A DNA stretch of 64,000 bases from an uncultured bacterium. Lineage in GTDB: Bacteria > Bacillota > Clostridia > Lachnospirales > Lachnospiraceae. Position 1 is the stretch's first letter. Each line of letters begins with the position of its first letter. Below are positions 9,501-18,554 of the stretch, piece after piece. Position numbers and translations under genes: made by a program. Below the pieces are notes generated by a model. The model ran no database searches. It worked only from the letters and a program-made list of their open reading frames with translations, and was not told the origin of the DNA. The stretch is from the NCBI GenBank assembly GCA_947243845.1, contig CAMXIF010000010.1:39698-103697 (forward strand), written 5' to 3'.

Positions 9501-11330
9501 TATGGGGAAACGCTGCCGCAGATCGTGGAGGACAGACTGCAGAAGGAACTAAATTCCATCATTTCCAACGGGTTTGCGGTGATGTATATCATTGCCCAGA
9601 AATTGGTGTGGAAATCGGTGGAGGATGGATATCTGGTGGGATCCAGAGGCTCCGTGGGCAGTTCCTTTGTGGCTAATATGGCGGGGATTACGGAGGTTAA
9701 CTCTTTGAGCCCCCATTACCTGTGCCCTAAATGCCATTATTACGATTTTGATTCCGAGGAAGTGCGGGCTTACGGCGGCGGCGCCGGATGCGATATGCCC
9801 GATAAAGACTGCCCGGTCTGCGGCACACCTTTGCAAAAAGAAGGGTTTGATATTCCCTTCGAGACATTCCTGGGATTTAAGGGGGATAAGGAGCCGGATA
9901 TCGATCTGAATTTCTCCGGAGAATACCAGAGTAAGGCTCATAAATATACAGAAGTTATCTTTGGATTCGGACAGACCTTCCGGGCGGGCACCATCGGTAC
10001 TTTGGCGGATAAGACGGCCTATGGCTATGTGAAGAATTATTATGAGGAGCGGGGCAAACATAAACGGGTCTGTGAGATTAACCGGATTGTTACAGGCTGT
10101 ACGGGCATCCGCAGGAGCACCGGACAGCATCCCGGCGGTATTGTGGTTTTGCCGGTGGGAGAGGATATCAACTCCTTTACGCCGGTACAGCACCCGGCTA
10201 ATGATATGACAACAGATATCGTCACCACGCATTTTGATTATCACTCTATCGATCACAACCTGTTGAAGCTGGATATTCTGGGGCATGATGATCCTACCAT
10301 GATTCGTATGCTGCAGGATATGACGGGAATCGATCCGGTTAAGATTCCTTTGGATGACAAGCAGGTCATGAGCCTTTTTCAGAATACGGAAGCGCTGGGG
10401 ATTACCCCAGATCAGATTGGCGGCTGTAAGCTGGGCTGTCTGGGGATACCGGAGTTTGGTACGGACTTTGTTATCCAGATGGTTATAGACGCCAAACCTA
10501 AGTGCTTCACAGATTTGGTGCGGATATCGGGACTTTCTCACGGCACGGACGTGTGGCTGGGCAATGCGCAGACATTGATCGAGGAGGGAAAGGCCACGAT
10601 TTCCACGGCAATCTGCTGTCGAGATGATATCATGATCTATCTGATTCAGCAGGGCGTGGATCCGTCCCTGTCCTTTACCATTATGGAGAGTGTGCGTAAG
10701 GGCAAGGGGTTAAAGGATGACTGGATCAAGGCCATGACGGATCAGGGAGTGCCTGACTGGTATATTGGTTCCTGTAAAAAGATTAAATATATGTTCCCCA
10801 AGGCTCATGCGGCAGCTTATGTCATGATGGCCTGGCGTATCGCTTACTGCAAGGTGAACTATCCGTTAGCATACTATGCGGCCTATTTCAGTATCCGGGC
10901 CTCGGCGTTTTCCTATGAGCTGATGTGTCAGGGTCAGGCTCATCTGGAACAGGTTATGGCGGATTATAGGAAGCGGAACGATGAACTTTCCAAGAAGGAG
11001 CAGGATTCTTACAAAGATATGAAAATAGTGCAGGAGATGTATGCCAGAGGCTTTGATTTTGTACCCATTGATATTTTCACGGCGCAGTCCAGACTGTTTC
11101 AGATTGTGGACGGTAAGCTGATGCCTTCTTTAAACAGTATTGACGGCTTGGGAGAACGAGTGGCGGACGCTATAGTGGAGGCAGTTAAAGATGGCCCCTT
11201 CTTAAGCAAGGATGATTTCAGGGAGCGGACGAAAGCGCCCAAGTCCGTGATAGATCTGATGAGTGAATTGGGACTGTTGGGTAATCTGCCGGAGTCCAAT
11301 CAGATCAGTTTGTTTGACTTTGTGAGTTAG
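6591..11330 (+). CDS. polC: DNA polymerase III PolC-type
   Basis: OB domain, PHP (HCHT..SDMDG, TDHG), DEDDh exonuclease (DIETTG, HNASFD, HRAVDDA), GSRGSVGSS, CPKC/CPVC Zn finger and PDIDLNF. Confidence 0.98.
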   Translation: MSKAFFEVFPSLKLDTGLQDLFAQVTVDKVTSTKRKDFLRVYIVSERLIQKEDIFRVEKEIKKQFFPNMPIVVKFYEHFHLSAQYDPKKLMDAYGDSILLELREYSPVEYNLFKRADIGFENDQMQLIVEDTVLGQGKAEELSRILEKIYNERCGIPVQVNISYKERAAGKYKEEDEKRLAMQVAEIAARAGYAVNAKASRVFDWEQPADGAGAGNSVQMADGAGVGGSVQNVGGAGASNGVWPADGARAGEQLAGERAPSQADAAGSGLLASESAAAGSSTSDGEQSGLHNNKKFTSPTPGKKGEWGRKNDRADGRRAVKRSDNPDVLYGRDFDEEAMPIEDIIGEMGEVVIRGQILKMDKREIKNERTILIYDVTDYTDTMTIKLFAHNDQVSEITDGMKPGAFVKLKGMTTIDKFDHELTIGSLAGVKKIPDFTTSRVDRSVRKRVELHCHTKMSDMDGVSEAKDIVKRAYKWGHPAIAITDHGVVQSFPDANHVWEDLWKAEKNRCKEAGEAEPDKQNFFKVIYGVEAYLVDDLHEIATNEKGQDFQADFVVFDIETTGFSPVENRIIEIGAVKVCGGKIVDRFSSFVNPEVPIPFEIEKLTGISDDMVMGARKIEEVLPEFLMFCEGCMLVAHNASFDMSFIMENCNRQGIAHDFTYIDTVGIARVMLPGLKKHTLDTVAKALMVSLENHHRAVDDAEATAEIFVKLIPMMEKEGITTLAQINVRGESNPDIIKKLPTYHAIILAKNNVGRMNLYRLVSDSHLTYFARRPRIPKRLLNQYREGLILGSACEAGELYHALLEHKPDAEIARLVEFYDYLEIQPLGNNQFMIESERMPEINSMEDIMEINRRIVHLGEQFHKPVAATCDVHFLNPEDEIYRRIIMAGQGFPDADNQAPLYFRTTEEMLEEFAYLGSDKAEEVVITNTNLIADMIDTMSPVRPDKCPPVIEDSDRQLTEICYNKAHELYGETLPQIVEDRLQKELNSIISNGFAVMYIIAQKLVWKSVEDGYLVGSRGSVGSSFVANMAGITEVNSLSPHYLCPKCHYYDFDSEEVRAYGGGAGCDMPDKDCPVCGTPLQKEGFDIPFETFLGFKGDKEPDIDLNFSGEYQSKAHKYTEVIFGFGQTFRAGTIGTLADKTAYGYVKNYYEERGKHKRVCEINRIVTGCTGIRRSTGQHPGGIVVLPVGEDINSFTPVQHPANDMTTDIVTTHFDYHSIDHNLLKLDILGHDDPTMIRMLQDMTGIDPVKIPLDDKQVMSLFQNTEALGITPDQIGGCKLGCLGIPEFGTDFVIQMVIDAKPKCFTDLVRISGLSHGTDVWLGNAQTLIEEGKATISTAICCRDDIMIYLIQQGVDPSLSFTIMESVRKGKGLKDDWIKAMTDQGVPDWYIGSCKKIKYMFPKAHAAAYVMMAWRIAYCKVNYPLAYYAAYFSIRASAFSYELMCQGQAHLEQVMADYRKRNDELSKKEQDSYKDMKIVQEMYARGFDFVPIDIFTAQSRLFQIVDGKLMPSLNSIDGLGERVADAIVEAVKDGPFLSKDDFRERTKAPKSVIDLMSELGLLGNLPESNQISLFDFVS
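7209..7352 (+). repeat. Four degenerate in-frame 36-nt (12-aa) repeats inside polC
   Basis: Units start at 7209, 7245, 7281 and 7317: QPADGAGAGNSV / QMADGAGVGGSV / QNVGGAGASNGV / WPADGARAGEQL. Confidence 0.75.
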
Positions 11331-11391
11331 ATTATGATTTCCTGCCCAAAACAAGAAATCCATAAAAATTTAAAAAATTTGAAAAAACCCC

Positions 11392-11420
11392 TTGCATTAT
11401 TGGAGGAAATATAATAGAAT
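11392..11420 (+). promoter_or_regulatory. Promoter of the tRNA gene
   Basis: TTGCAT (11392-11397), 17-bp spacer, TAGAAT (11415-11420), preceded by an A-rich UP-like tract. Confidence 0.65.
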
Positions 11421-11439
11421 AAGCAAGTGTCAAACAGAT

Positions 11440-11511
11440 GGCTCGTTGGTCAAGCGGTTAAGACGCCGCCCTCTCACGGCGGAAACAGGGGTTCGATTCC
11501 CCTACGAGCTG
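11440..11511 (+). tRNA. tRNA-Glu, anticodon CTC
   Basis: Acceptor stem GGCTCGT/ACGAGCT, D arm TGGTCAAGCGGTTAAGA, anticodon stem CCGCC-CTCTCAC-GGCGG, T arm AGGGG-TTCGATT-CCCCT. CCA is not encoded. Confidence 0.95.
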
Positions 11512-11549
11512 TTGACTGTTAATTACATAACAGCCCAACCCGAAGAAGT

Positions 11550-11588
11550 GCTGGAAACCTTAAATTATTGAGGTTTGCGGCATTTTTT
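11550..11588 (+). terminator. Probable intrinsic terminator after the tRNA
   Basis: GCTGGAAACCT...AGGTTTGCGGC imperfect stem followed by T6. Confidence 0.5.
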
Positions 11589-11636
11589 GATAAGCAATAT
11601 AATATAATGTGATATGAAATAAGAGGTTAACATAAT

Positions 11637-12797
11637 ATGTATATCTCGCAGACAGCAGCCCAGTCGATTGTGGAAGAGATCGGCCGGGAAATTCAGGAAC
11701 ATATTAACTTTATGGATCAGGAAGGCTACATCGTGGCCAGTACGGACGAGGCTCGTCTGGGGACGCTTCATACGGGTGCGCGGCGTATTATTGAGGAGAA
11801 ACTGCCGGAACTGTATATTACGGAGGAGATGGAAAATCCTACCACAAAGATGGGCATCAATCTGCCTATCACGATTAAGGGAGAAATCGTGGGTGTGGTG
11901 GGTATCACCGGGGAAAAGGAACGGGTAGCCGGTTACGGAAACATTGTGCGCCGGATGACGGAGATTATGGTGGAGGACAGCTGGTTAAAAGACCGCAGAA
12001 GATATGACAGGCGTGTCAAGTATCGTTTTATGGAGGAGTGGATTGCCAGATCCGGCGCTTATTATGACAGGAGTTTTGTGGAACGGGGTGTTCAGATTGG
12101 GATTGATATCACGCGCCCCCGCAGAGCCATGGTCATTCACTTTGAGCGTTATTCCAGTCTTTCCGCTACCCAGGAAGGACAGAGGAAGCTGGATGAGATG
12201 GAATCTGCGGTACGCCATTATGTGGATAAGGAGGGAATCCTCTATCTGCGGGAACCGCCCAAACAGATCTGCCTGACGGCGGCCTGCGGCGATGATGGTA
12301 TCCGAAAACTGGCGGAAAATATCAGGGCATTATTGCTGGATAAATATGAGGAGCGTGTGGTGATAGGGATTGATTCCGTGGACGGGGGAAGCATCCATAT
12401 CAGCCAGCTGTGTAAGGAAGCGGAACGGGCGGCGGAGGCCGGAAGAGCAGGAGAGATTGTTTTTTATAAAGACCTGTATGTGGAACTCTTCCTGCGTGAT
12501 ATTTCAGATGAAGTCAAGGCGGAGTATCTCGGCAAACTGTTTCCGGACGTGCGGGCGGAGGAACTGGATGCCTTTATGAAGATCATAGATGTGTTTTTTG
12601 AGGAAGATGGTTCCCTGGCAAGAATGTCGGAAAAACTTTATATGCATAAGAATACCATTCAGTATAAATTTAAGAAGATGGAAGCCTTAAACGGCCGGGA
12701 TATCAGAACGCCGGACGGTGCAGCAGTATATTATATGGCATTGCAGTTTTACCAGAATGCAGGAAATGATATGCCATCGCTGCTCAGGAATCTGTAA
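11637..12797 (+). CDS. cdaR: CdaR/SdaR-family sugar-diacid transcriptional regulator
   Basis: N-terminal diacid-recognition motif (AQSIV..INFMD..G.IVASTD..RLGTLH.GA) and C-terminal PucR-type HTH (LYMHKNTIQYK). Confidence 0.88.
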   Translation: MYISQTAAQSIVEEIGREIQEHINFMDQEGYIVASTDEARLGTLHTGARRIIEEKLPELYITEEMENPTTKMGINLPITIKGEIVGVVGITGEKERVAGYGNIVRRMTEIMVEDSWLKDRRRYDRRVKYRFMEEWIARSGAYYDRSFVERGVQIGIDITRPRRAMVIHFERYSSLSATQEGQRKLDEMESAVRHYVDKEGILYLREPPKQICLTAACGDDGIRKLAENIRALLLDKYEERVVIGIDSVDGGSIHISQLCKEAERAAEAGRAGEIVFYKDLYVELFLRDISDEVKAEYLGKLFPDVRAEELDAFMKIIDVFFEEDGSLARMSEKLYMHKNTIQYKFKKMEALNGRDIRTPDGAAVYYMALQFYQNAGNDMPSLLRNL

Positions 12798-12954
12798 TAT
12801 GAACAAAGATTTCATGGAAGGGACATTCCCGGTGTCTGGTCATCGCATCAGGCTGTTCTGGCATGAAATTTTGTGTGAATGTTTTTGGGAACAAAAATTA
12901 TGAAAAACATATGTGCACGGTAACATATACAAACTTAAGAATATATAGTATTTT

Positions 12955-12986
12955 AAAAGAAGATTACAAAAAAATCTTCTTTTTTT
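12955..12986 (+). terminator. Terminator-like hairpin between cdaR and glycerate kinase
   Basis: AAAAGAAGATT-acaaaa-AATCTTCTTTT followed by more T; the stem is very AT-rich. Confidence 0.45.
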
Positions 12987-13049
12987 CTATTTTATTGGTA
13001 AAATTACACAACTAGTTGAACGGGTATCATTGTATGAAAGAGAGGGGAC

Positions 13050-14282
13050 ATGGGATTAAGGGAAGATGTAGATCGGATTATTGAGAAGTCCATTCAGGCA
13101 GTGCTGCCGGATGAGGCGGTGGCCAAAGCACTGAAGGGCAGGGAATTCGGACAGGGAAAGATTTATATGGTGGCAGTCGGTAAGGCTGGCTGGCAGATGG
13201 GAAAAGCGGCGGCGGATATCCTGAAAGACAGGTTGGAAGCCGGCGTGGTGGTAACGAAGTACGATCATGTGAAGGGAGAAATCCCAAAGACAAGATGTTT
13301 TGAGGCCGGGCATCCGGTGCCGGATGAAAATTCTTATCTGGCAACACAGGCGGCGCTGGATCTTGTGGCGCAGGCGGCCAGCGGGGATGTGGTTGTATTC
13401 CTGCTCTCCGGCGGCGGTTCGGCATTGTTTGAAAAACCATTGGTGTGCGGAGAAGAACTGCAAGATATCACCACGCAGCTTCTTTCCTGCGGCGCGGATA
13501 TCGTGGAGATGAATACTATCCGCAAACGGCTTTCCGCAGTGAAGGGCGGCAGATTTGCACAGGCCTGTGAACCGGCCAGGGTGTTTAGTATTGTACTCAG
13601 TGATATTCTGGGGGACCCTCTGGATATGATTGCTTCCGGTCCGGCTTATCCGGATTCCTCTACTTGTGAGGAGGCATTGGCGATCGCAGCCAAATATGAT
13701 CTTCGGCTTTCTGAGGCGGCGCGGGAGTTTTTGCGGCAGGAAACACCGGAATCCTTACATAATGTGGAGACGCAGATTACGGGCAGTGTCTCGGATCTGT
13801 GCAGGGCAGCGGCCTCGGCCTGCGAGGAACTGGGATATGAGCCGTATATATTGACAGATCAGTTAAATTGTGAAGCGAGAGAAGCAGGACGGTTTCTTGC
13901 ATCTATTGCCAGAACTTATCAGAACACGGATAAAAGTCTTGCCTTTTTGGCAGGCGGGGAGACAGTAGTGCATCTGACTGGCAAAGGAAAAGGAGGCAGA
14001 AACCAGGAACTGGCGCTGGCGGCTGCGGAAGAGATCGCAGGTCTTAAGGGTACAGCGGTATTCAGTGTGGGAAGCGATGGCACGGACGGTCCTACCGATG
14101 CGGCGGGCGGCTATTGTGACGAGAGCACACAGGAGAGACTTTTAGCAGAGGGAATTTCTATTTATGATGTATTACAGGAAAATGACGCCTATCATGCGCT
14201 GGAGAAGACAGGGGGATTGATCATTACCGGCGCTACGGGAACGAATGTGAATGATGTGTCAGTGCTGCTGATCAAACGTTGA
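13050..14282 (+). CDS. Class II (MOFRL/TtuD-type) glycerate 2-kinase
   Basis: VGKAG, AGHPVPDE, LSGGGSAL, SDILGD..DMIASGP, GGETVV, GGRNQE, SDGTDG and TGTNVND motifs. Confidence 0.9.
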   Translation: MGLREDVDRIIEKSIQAVLPDEAVAKALKGREFGQGKIYMVAVGKAGWQMGKAAADILKDRLEAGVVVTKYDHVKGEIPKTRCFEAGHPVPDENSYLATQAALDLVAQAASGDVVVFLLSGGGSALFEKPLVCGEELQDITTQLLSCGADIVEMNTIRKRLSAVKGGRFAQACEPARVFSIVLSDILGDPLDMIASGPAYPDSSTCEEALAIAAKYDLRLSEAAREFLRQETPESLHNVETQITGSVSDLCRAAASACEELGYEPYILTDQLNCEAREAGRFLASIARTYQNTDKSLAFLAGGETVVHLTGKGKGGRNQELALAAAEEIAGLKGTAVFSVGSDGTDGPTDAAGGYCDESTQERLLAEGISIYDVLQENDAYHALEKTGGLIITGATGTNVNDVSVLLIKR

Positions 14283-14365
14283 TTATGAATAGACGTTTGA
14301 TAATACGATAAAGCGGAATGTCAAAAGACGGCAGGAGTATAAGAAGAGGAAAAGGAGAAGGCATT

Positions 14366-15196
14366 ATGATAGTTCTTCGTACTTTATTGGAAAACCAGCT
14401 TTCACAAAACAGAGCGCTCACAGCAGAGCATGGACTGTCTTTTTTGGTGGAGATAGGAAGTAAAAAGATTTTGTTTGACTGCAGTGCGGGTAAGGCGGCC
14501 CGCCGGAATGCCAAAAAGATGAATGTGTCTTTAAAGGATGTGGATTACGTGGTACTAAGCCACAGCCATTATGACCATGCGGGCGGTTATCCGGATATGG
14601 AAGAGCATGGCGTGCGTGCACCGCTGATTACAGGGCCCCAGTTTTTCGAGGAAAAATATGCGAAGGATGGTAGTAAATACGTGTACTTAGGCTGCGGGTT
14701 TGGCAGGGATTTTCTGAAAAAGGAGAGGATCACGCACCGGGTATGCGAGGAGAACATCACACTCTTTCCGGGCTGTCATGTAGTGGGTGGTTTTGAGCGG
14801 AAATATGAGTTTGAGAAAGCTCCGGCGCGGTTTGTGCGTCAGACACCGGCAGGCATGGTGGCGGACGATTTTGCAGATGAGGTCTGTCTGGTGATTGAAA
14901 GTGAAAAAGGCCTGGTGGTTATCGTGGGGTGCAGTCATCCCGGTATTCTAAATATGGTAGAGACGGTGAAAAATCGTTTTGGAAGACAGATATATGCAGT
15001 TTTTGGCGGTTCCCATCTGGTGGAGGCAAACGAGGAACGTCTGTCGATGACGATGGATATCCTGCGGGATATGGGAATCAGTATCGCTGGTTTCAATCAC
15101 TGTACCGGCGATGTGGCGTTAAAGTGCATGGGAGAGTGTGAGGATGGTACGGTCTATGCCCATCTGAAAGTGGGAGACTGTATTTTCCTTCCATGA
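14366..15196 (+). CDS. MBL-fold metallo-hydrolase (COG1237-like)
   Basis: EHGLS, SHSHYDHAGG, GCSHPG, GGSHL and HCTG motifs. ATG 14366 follows AAGGAG. Confidence 0.85.
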   Translation: MIVLRTLLENQLSQNRALTAEHGLSFLVEIGSKKILFDCSAGKAARRNAKKMNVSLKDVDYVVLSHSHYDHAGGYPDMEEHGVRAPLITGPQFFEEKYAKDGSKYVYLGCGFGRDFLKKERITHRVCEENITLFPGCHVVGGFERKYEFEKAPARFVRQTPAGMVADDFADEVCLVIESEKGLVVIVGCSHPGILNMVETVKNRFGRQIYAVFGGSHLVEANEERLSMTMDILRDMGISIAGFNHCTGDVALKCMGECEDGTVYAHLKVGDCIFLP

Positions 15197-15296
15197 GCGG
15201 AGGGTCCGAAAGCAAGGAAAGAGGAGGAAGAGATTCCTTTTCTTTATAGATTAATATGTCTTATGGGGCATAAGTTTATCAAAGGAGGGTGAAAGT

Positions 15297-16637
15297 ATGT
15301 CAGCTCTATTTATGTTTGCGGTTATCGTTCTGGCGGTTGTTGCCATGGTAATTGCAATCTCGAAGTTCAAACAGCATCCGTTTCTCGTGCTGGTGGTAGT
15401 GGCAGTGGTGGTAGGTCTTGTCTGCGGGATACCCACAGAAGACGTGATCACAACGGTCAAGAATGGTTTCGGTAACATTCTGGCCAGCATCGGTATCGTA
15501 ATCCTGGCGGGTACGATCATCGGTACAATCCTGGAGAAGACAGGTGCGGCGCTTACGATGGCCAACAGTATTCTCAAGGTGGTAGGTAAGAAAAACAGTG
15601 TACTTACGATGGGACTTACCGGTTATGTGACGGGTATTCCGGTGTTCTGCGATTCCGGCTTCGTTATCTTAAGTCCGATATCCAGAGCGCTTGCAAGTCA
15701 GAGTAATGTCTCTCTGGCAGTGATGGCAACGGCGCTTTCCGGTGGCCTGTATGCGACTCACTGTCTGGTGCCGCCCACGCCTGGTCCGATTGCTATGGCG
15801 GGTACTTTGGAAGCGGATCTTGGCCTGACCATCCTGGTTGGTCTATTGATTTCTATTCCGGTTACGTTGGTGGCAATTGTTTATGCCAAGAAAGTGGCGA
15901 GCAAGATTGATATTCCGGCAAATCCGGAGTATACGGTGGATGAACTGGTTGAAAAATACGGCAAACTGCCGGGTACTTTACACAGCTTTTCCCCGATTCT
16001 TCTGCCGATTGTATTGATTGCTTTGAAATCTGTGGGTGATTTCCCCAGCGCGCCTTTTGGAAGCGGTATCTTTAAGATGATTGTTTCCTTCGTAGGTAAT
16101 CCTGTGATCGCCCTGATTTTAGGGGTGTTCCTGGCAATGACTCTGATTCCGAAAGAGGAGAAGAAAAATACGCTGAACTGGATTACCGAAGGGGTTACCA
16201 ACTCCGCAGGTATTCTGGCGATTACCGGTGCTGGCGGTTCCTTCGGCGCTATCTTACAGCAGCTTCCGATTGCAGATACGCTCAGCGGTTCCATGATGGG
16301 ACTTGGTATTGGTATTGTGCTTCCTTTTGTGATTGCGGCCCTGTTAAAGACGGCTATGGGCGCTTCCACGGTAGCGATGATCACCACATCAGCAATGATC
16401 GCGCCGATGATGGATGCTCTGGGATTTACCAGTCCTATTGCCAAGGTTCTGGTGATCATGGTGATCGGCGCAGGTTCCATGACTGTATCCCATGCCAATG
16501 ATTCTTATTTCTGGGTAGTATCCCAGTTCTCGGATATGGATACTAAGTCAGCTTATAAGTGTCAGACAGGTGTGACGGCGGTGATGGGAATCACGACTCT
16601 GATCATTGTGTTCCTGTTATCTTTGTTTCTGATATAA
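15297..16637 (+). CDS. GntP-family organic-acid permease
   Basis: Polytopic membrane protein with PVFCDSGF, VPPTPGP and HANDSYFWV; RBS AAGGAGG. Confidence 0.9.
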   Translation: MSALFMFAVIVLAVVAMVIAISKFKQHPFLVLVVVAVVVGLVCGIPTEDVITTVKNGFGNILASIGIVILAGTIIGTILEKTGAALTMANSILKVVGKKNSVLTMGLTGYVTGIPVFCDSGFVILSPISRALASQSNVSLAVMATALSGGLYATHCLVPPTPGPIAMAGTLEADLGLTILVGLLISIPVTLVAIVYAKKVASKIDIPANPEYTVDELVEKYGKLPGTLHSFSPILLPIVLIALKSVGDFPSAPFGSGIFKMIVSFVGNPVIALILGVFLAMTLIPKEEKKNTLNWITEGVTNSAGILAITGAGGSFGAILQQLPIADTLSGSMMGLGIGIVLPFVIAALLKTAMGASTVAMITTSAMIAPMMDALGFTSPIAKVLVIMVIGAGSMTVSHANDSYFWVVSQFSDMDTKSAYKCQTGVTAVMGITTLIIVFLLSLFLI

Positions 16638-18554
16638 GATTTCCGGCAGCATTGCCGTAATCAGATAAAAGGGCAGACAAAGCACCATGAAATAAACATA
16701 GCGAAATTCTGTAGCCACAGGTGTTGCGATGAGAACTGTGATCAGGAGTGCAATACTTGGCAGATAACAGATCAGTTTATGATTTTCCCTGCGGATGATG
16801 GCGGTGCCGATACTGAAGAGCATGATCCAGCAGGCCACGCCCATACTCCAGAGCGTACCGTAGATGGGCACCATACTGCCCAGCTTGATGGCGATCTCCT
16901 TGCCCTTGATGACAAGGGGGCCGCCGATCAGCGGGGTATGAGAGACTCCATATTTGGTGGCGCTGACGCCCTCAGCCTCAGCCACCAGATAAAAAGAGTC
17001 GGGATACCAATATCCGTAAGTCTGCTTGACATAGGCGGTGAGATAATCGCCCGGATAACGCAGTCCCAGTTCTATCCATAATCTTAAGAATTCTTTTTTG
17101 TGGGCGGTCAGGTAATCCTGGTTGCCGGCCCGCACCAGTTCTTTGATATTGTCTGCAAAAGTCGGATTGTACAAGTCTTTGATATAGGTTAAGTCCACTA
17201 CATTTTCCACCAGGGCAAGCTGTTGGTCAGTGAGTTCCCGGTCATTACATATAACAGCTGTTATTTGCTGCATGGGAATACAGACAGACTCGATAAAGTC
17301 CGGCTGTTCCACGCGGAAGGCTTTCATCACAGGATATTTGACGATGACGGCGGTGCAGAGAATCACAAGAAGCGCCGGATAGAAGATTTTTGCCTTTTTA
17401 CGGTAGGCAAACAGCAGAAACGGCAGGGCTAACAGGAAAGCATACCAGCCATTGGAGCGGAACAGGCATATCATAATGCCGGATATAATAAAAAGCGCTA
17501 TTTCCGGTAAGCGAATCCGTTCCATGTAGATCAGCCGCAGAATGGTACAGCTGAAGAACAGCACTGCCGCCGCAAAGGGAATGTCTTTCCAGATGGTAAC
17601 GGAAAAGACCGCATGGTAGGGAATCAGGGCGTAGAAGGCCGTGATCAGAAGCAGGACAAAAGGGCGGATCCGGCGGATTCGCAGAGTACTGATAAAGTAA
17701 CTGATACTGCCGGCCAATAGACACATCTGGAAGAAGGTATAGAAGGACACGGCAGTCACCATATTTCCGGTCAAAGCATAGCCGATATGATAGAAGAGTC
17801 CAAACAGCATGGTATGTATCCAGGGATGATGATTGCTATAAGGCGCTATTCCAAGAACCTGGGTAAACTGATTGATGCTGTCCGGCGTCATGATGCCCGG
17901 ATACTGATAGAGATAGTAGGGCAGCCAGCATAACAGGCAGATGCCAAAGGTAGACAGTGCCGTGTGGTTTTTATAAAAACGGATGATCCGTGACAAGCAG
18001 GCGGAAATCCGCGGATGTTCTATTAGTATATAGGAAGAGGGATTGTAGTTCGCCAGCAGGAATTTGTATAGATTCATCTTGTTGCAGGTATAGGAAAACA
18101 GGAATTTCAACAGATAATAAAACAGCGTCACAAACCCCACAAATACCACGGCAAGAATGATGAAGCGGTAGAGCCCGCTTGTGAGAAGTTCAATATAATA
18201 ATTGTAGTCCACCAGCATATAGAGAAGGGTAAAAATAATGGAAGTGATTATCGCAACGCGGTTGGTCACCGGATCGGTATGTAATATGAAGCTGTCCATA
18301 GCGCTGCTTTCGATCAGTTCTCCGCGCAGTGCAAGGAGATTGCGGCCATCCAGCCGGCGGCTTACATGGCGGTAGAAGAAAAAGACCAGGAGGAAGAAGA
18401 CAAATGTCAGGATATTGCCCGGTTCCATACGGGACGCCTTCATCAGAGCCCAGGTTGTCAGGAAACTCTGGAATAAGTGTAATAGAAGTGTTAAATTTAA
18501 TCTGTTGTTCATAATGCCCCCTGCACATAGATAAACTGCTGACTGATACGTCAT
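16617..18554 (-). CDS. Polytopic membrane protein, DUF6020-like (possible GT-C-type glycosyltransferase)
   Basis: 645 aa with many TM segments. YPGIMTPDSINQ, SNHHPWIHT, WKDIPF, FRSNG and FRY motifs recalled from this family. Confidence 0.7.
   Translation of the reverse strand: MTYQSAVYLCAGGIMNNRLNLTLLLHLFQSFLTTWALMKASRMEPGNILTFVFFLLVFFFYRHVSRRLDGRNLLALRGELIESSAMDSFILHTDPVTNRVAIITSIIFTLLYMLVDYNYYIELLTSGLYRFIILAVVFVGFVTLFYYLLKFLFSYTCNKMNLYKFLLANYNPSSYILIEHPRISACLSRIIRFYKNHTALSTFGICLLCWLPYYLYQYPGIMTPDSINQFTQVLGIAPYSNHHPWIHTMLFGLFYHIGYALTGNMVTAVSFYTFFQMCLLAGSISYFISTLRIRRIRPFVLLLITAFYALIPYHAVFSVTIWKDIPFAAAVLFFSCTILRLIYMERIRLPEIALFIISGIMICLFRSNGWYAFLLALPFLLFAYRKKAKIFYPALLVILCTAVIVKYPVMKAFRVEQPDFIESVCIPMQQITAVICNDRELTDQQLALVENVVDLTYIKDLYNPTFADNIKELVRAGNQDYLTAHKKEFLRLWIELGLRYPGDYLTAYVKQTYGYWYPDSFYLVAEAEGVSATKYGVSHTPLIGGPLVIKGKEIAIKLGSMVPIYGTLWSMGVACWIMLFSIGTAIIRRENHKLICYLPSIALLITVLIATPVATEFRYVYFMVLCLPFYLITAMLPEILYQKQR

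Noticed and set aside
9549-10541. 330-aa antisense ORF inside polC
   Set aside because: It is a shadow frame of a strongly coding gene, with no recognisable motifs or RBS.
6591-11330. Intein in PolC, suggested by its length
   Set aside because: The extra length is a low-complexity repeat linker; no C/S...HN-C/S/T splice motifs or LAGLIDADG blocks were recognised.
12799-12903. 34-codon ORF after cdaR as a leader peptide
   Set aside because: No RBS and no telling codon bias; it overlaps likely promoter DNA.
11500-16700. Integrated mobile element at tRNA-Glu
   Set aside because: I found no integrase and could not see a duplicated tRNA 3' end; the post-tRNA inverted repeat is adequately explained as a terminator.
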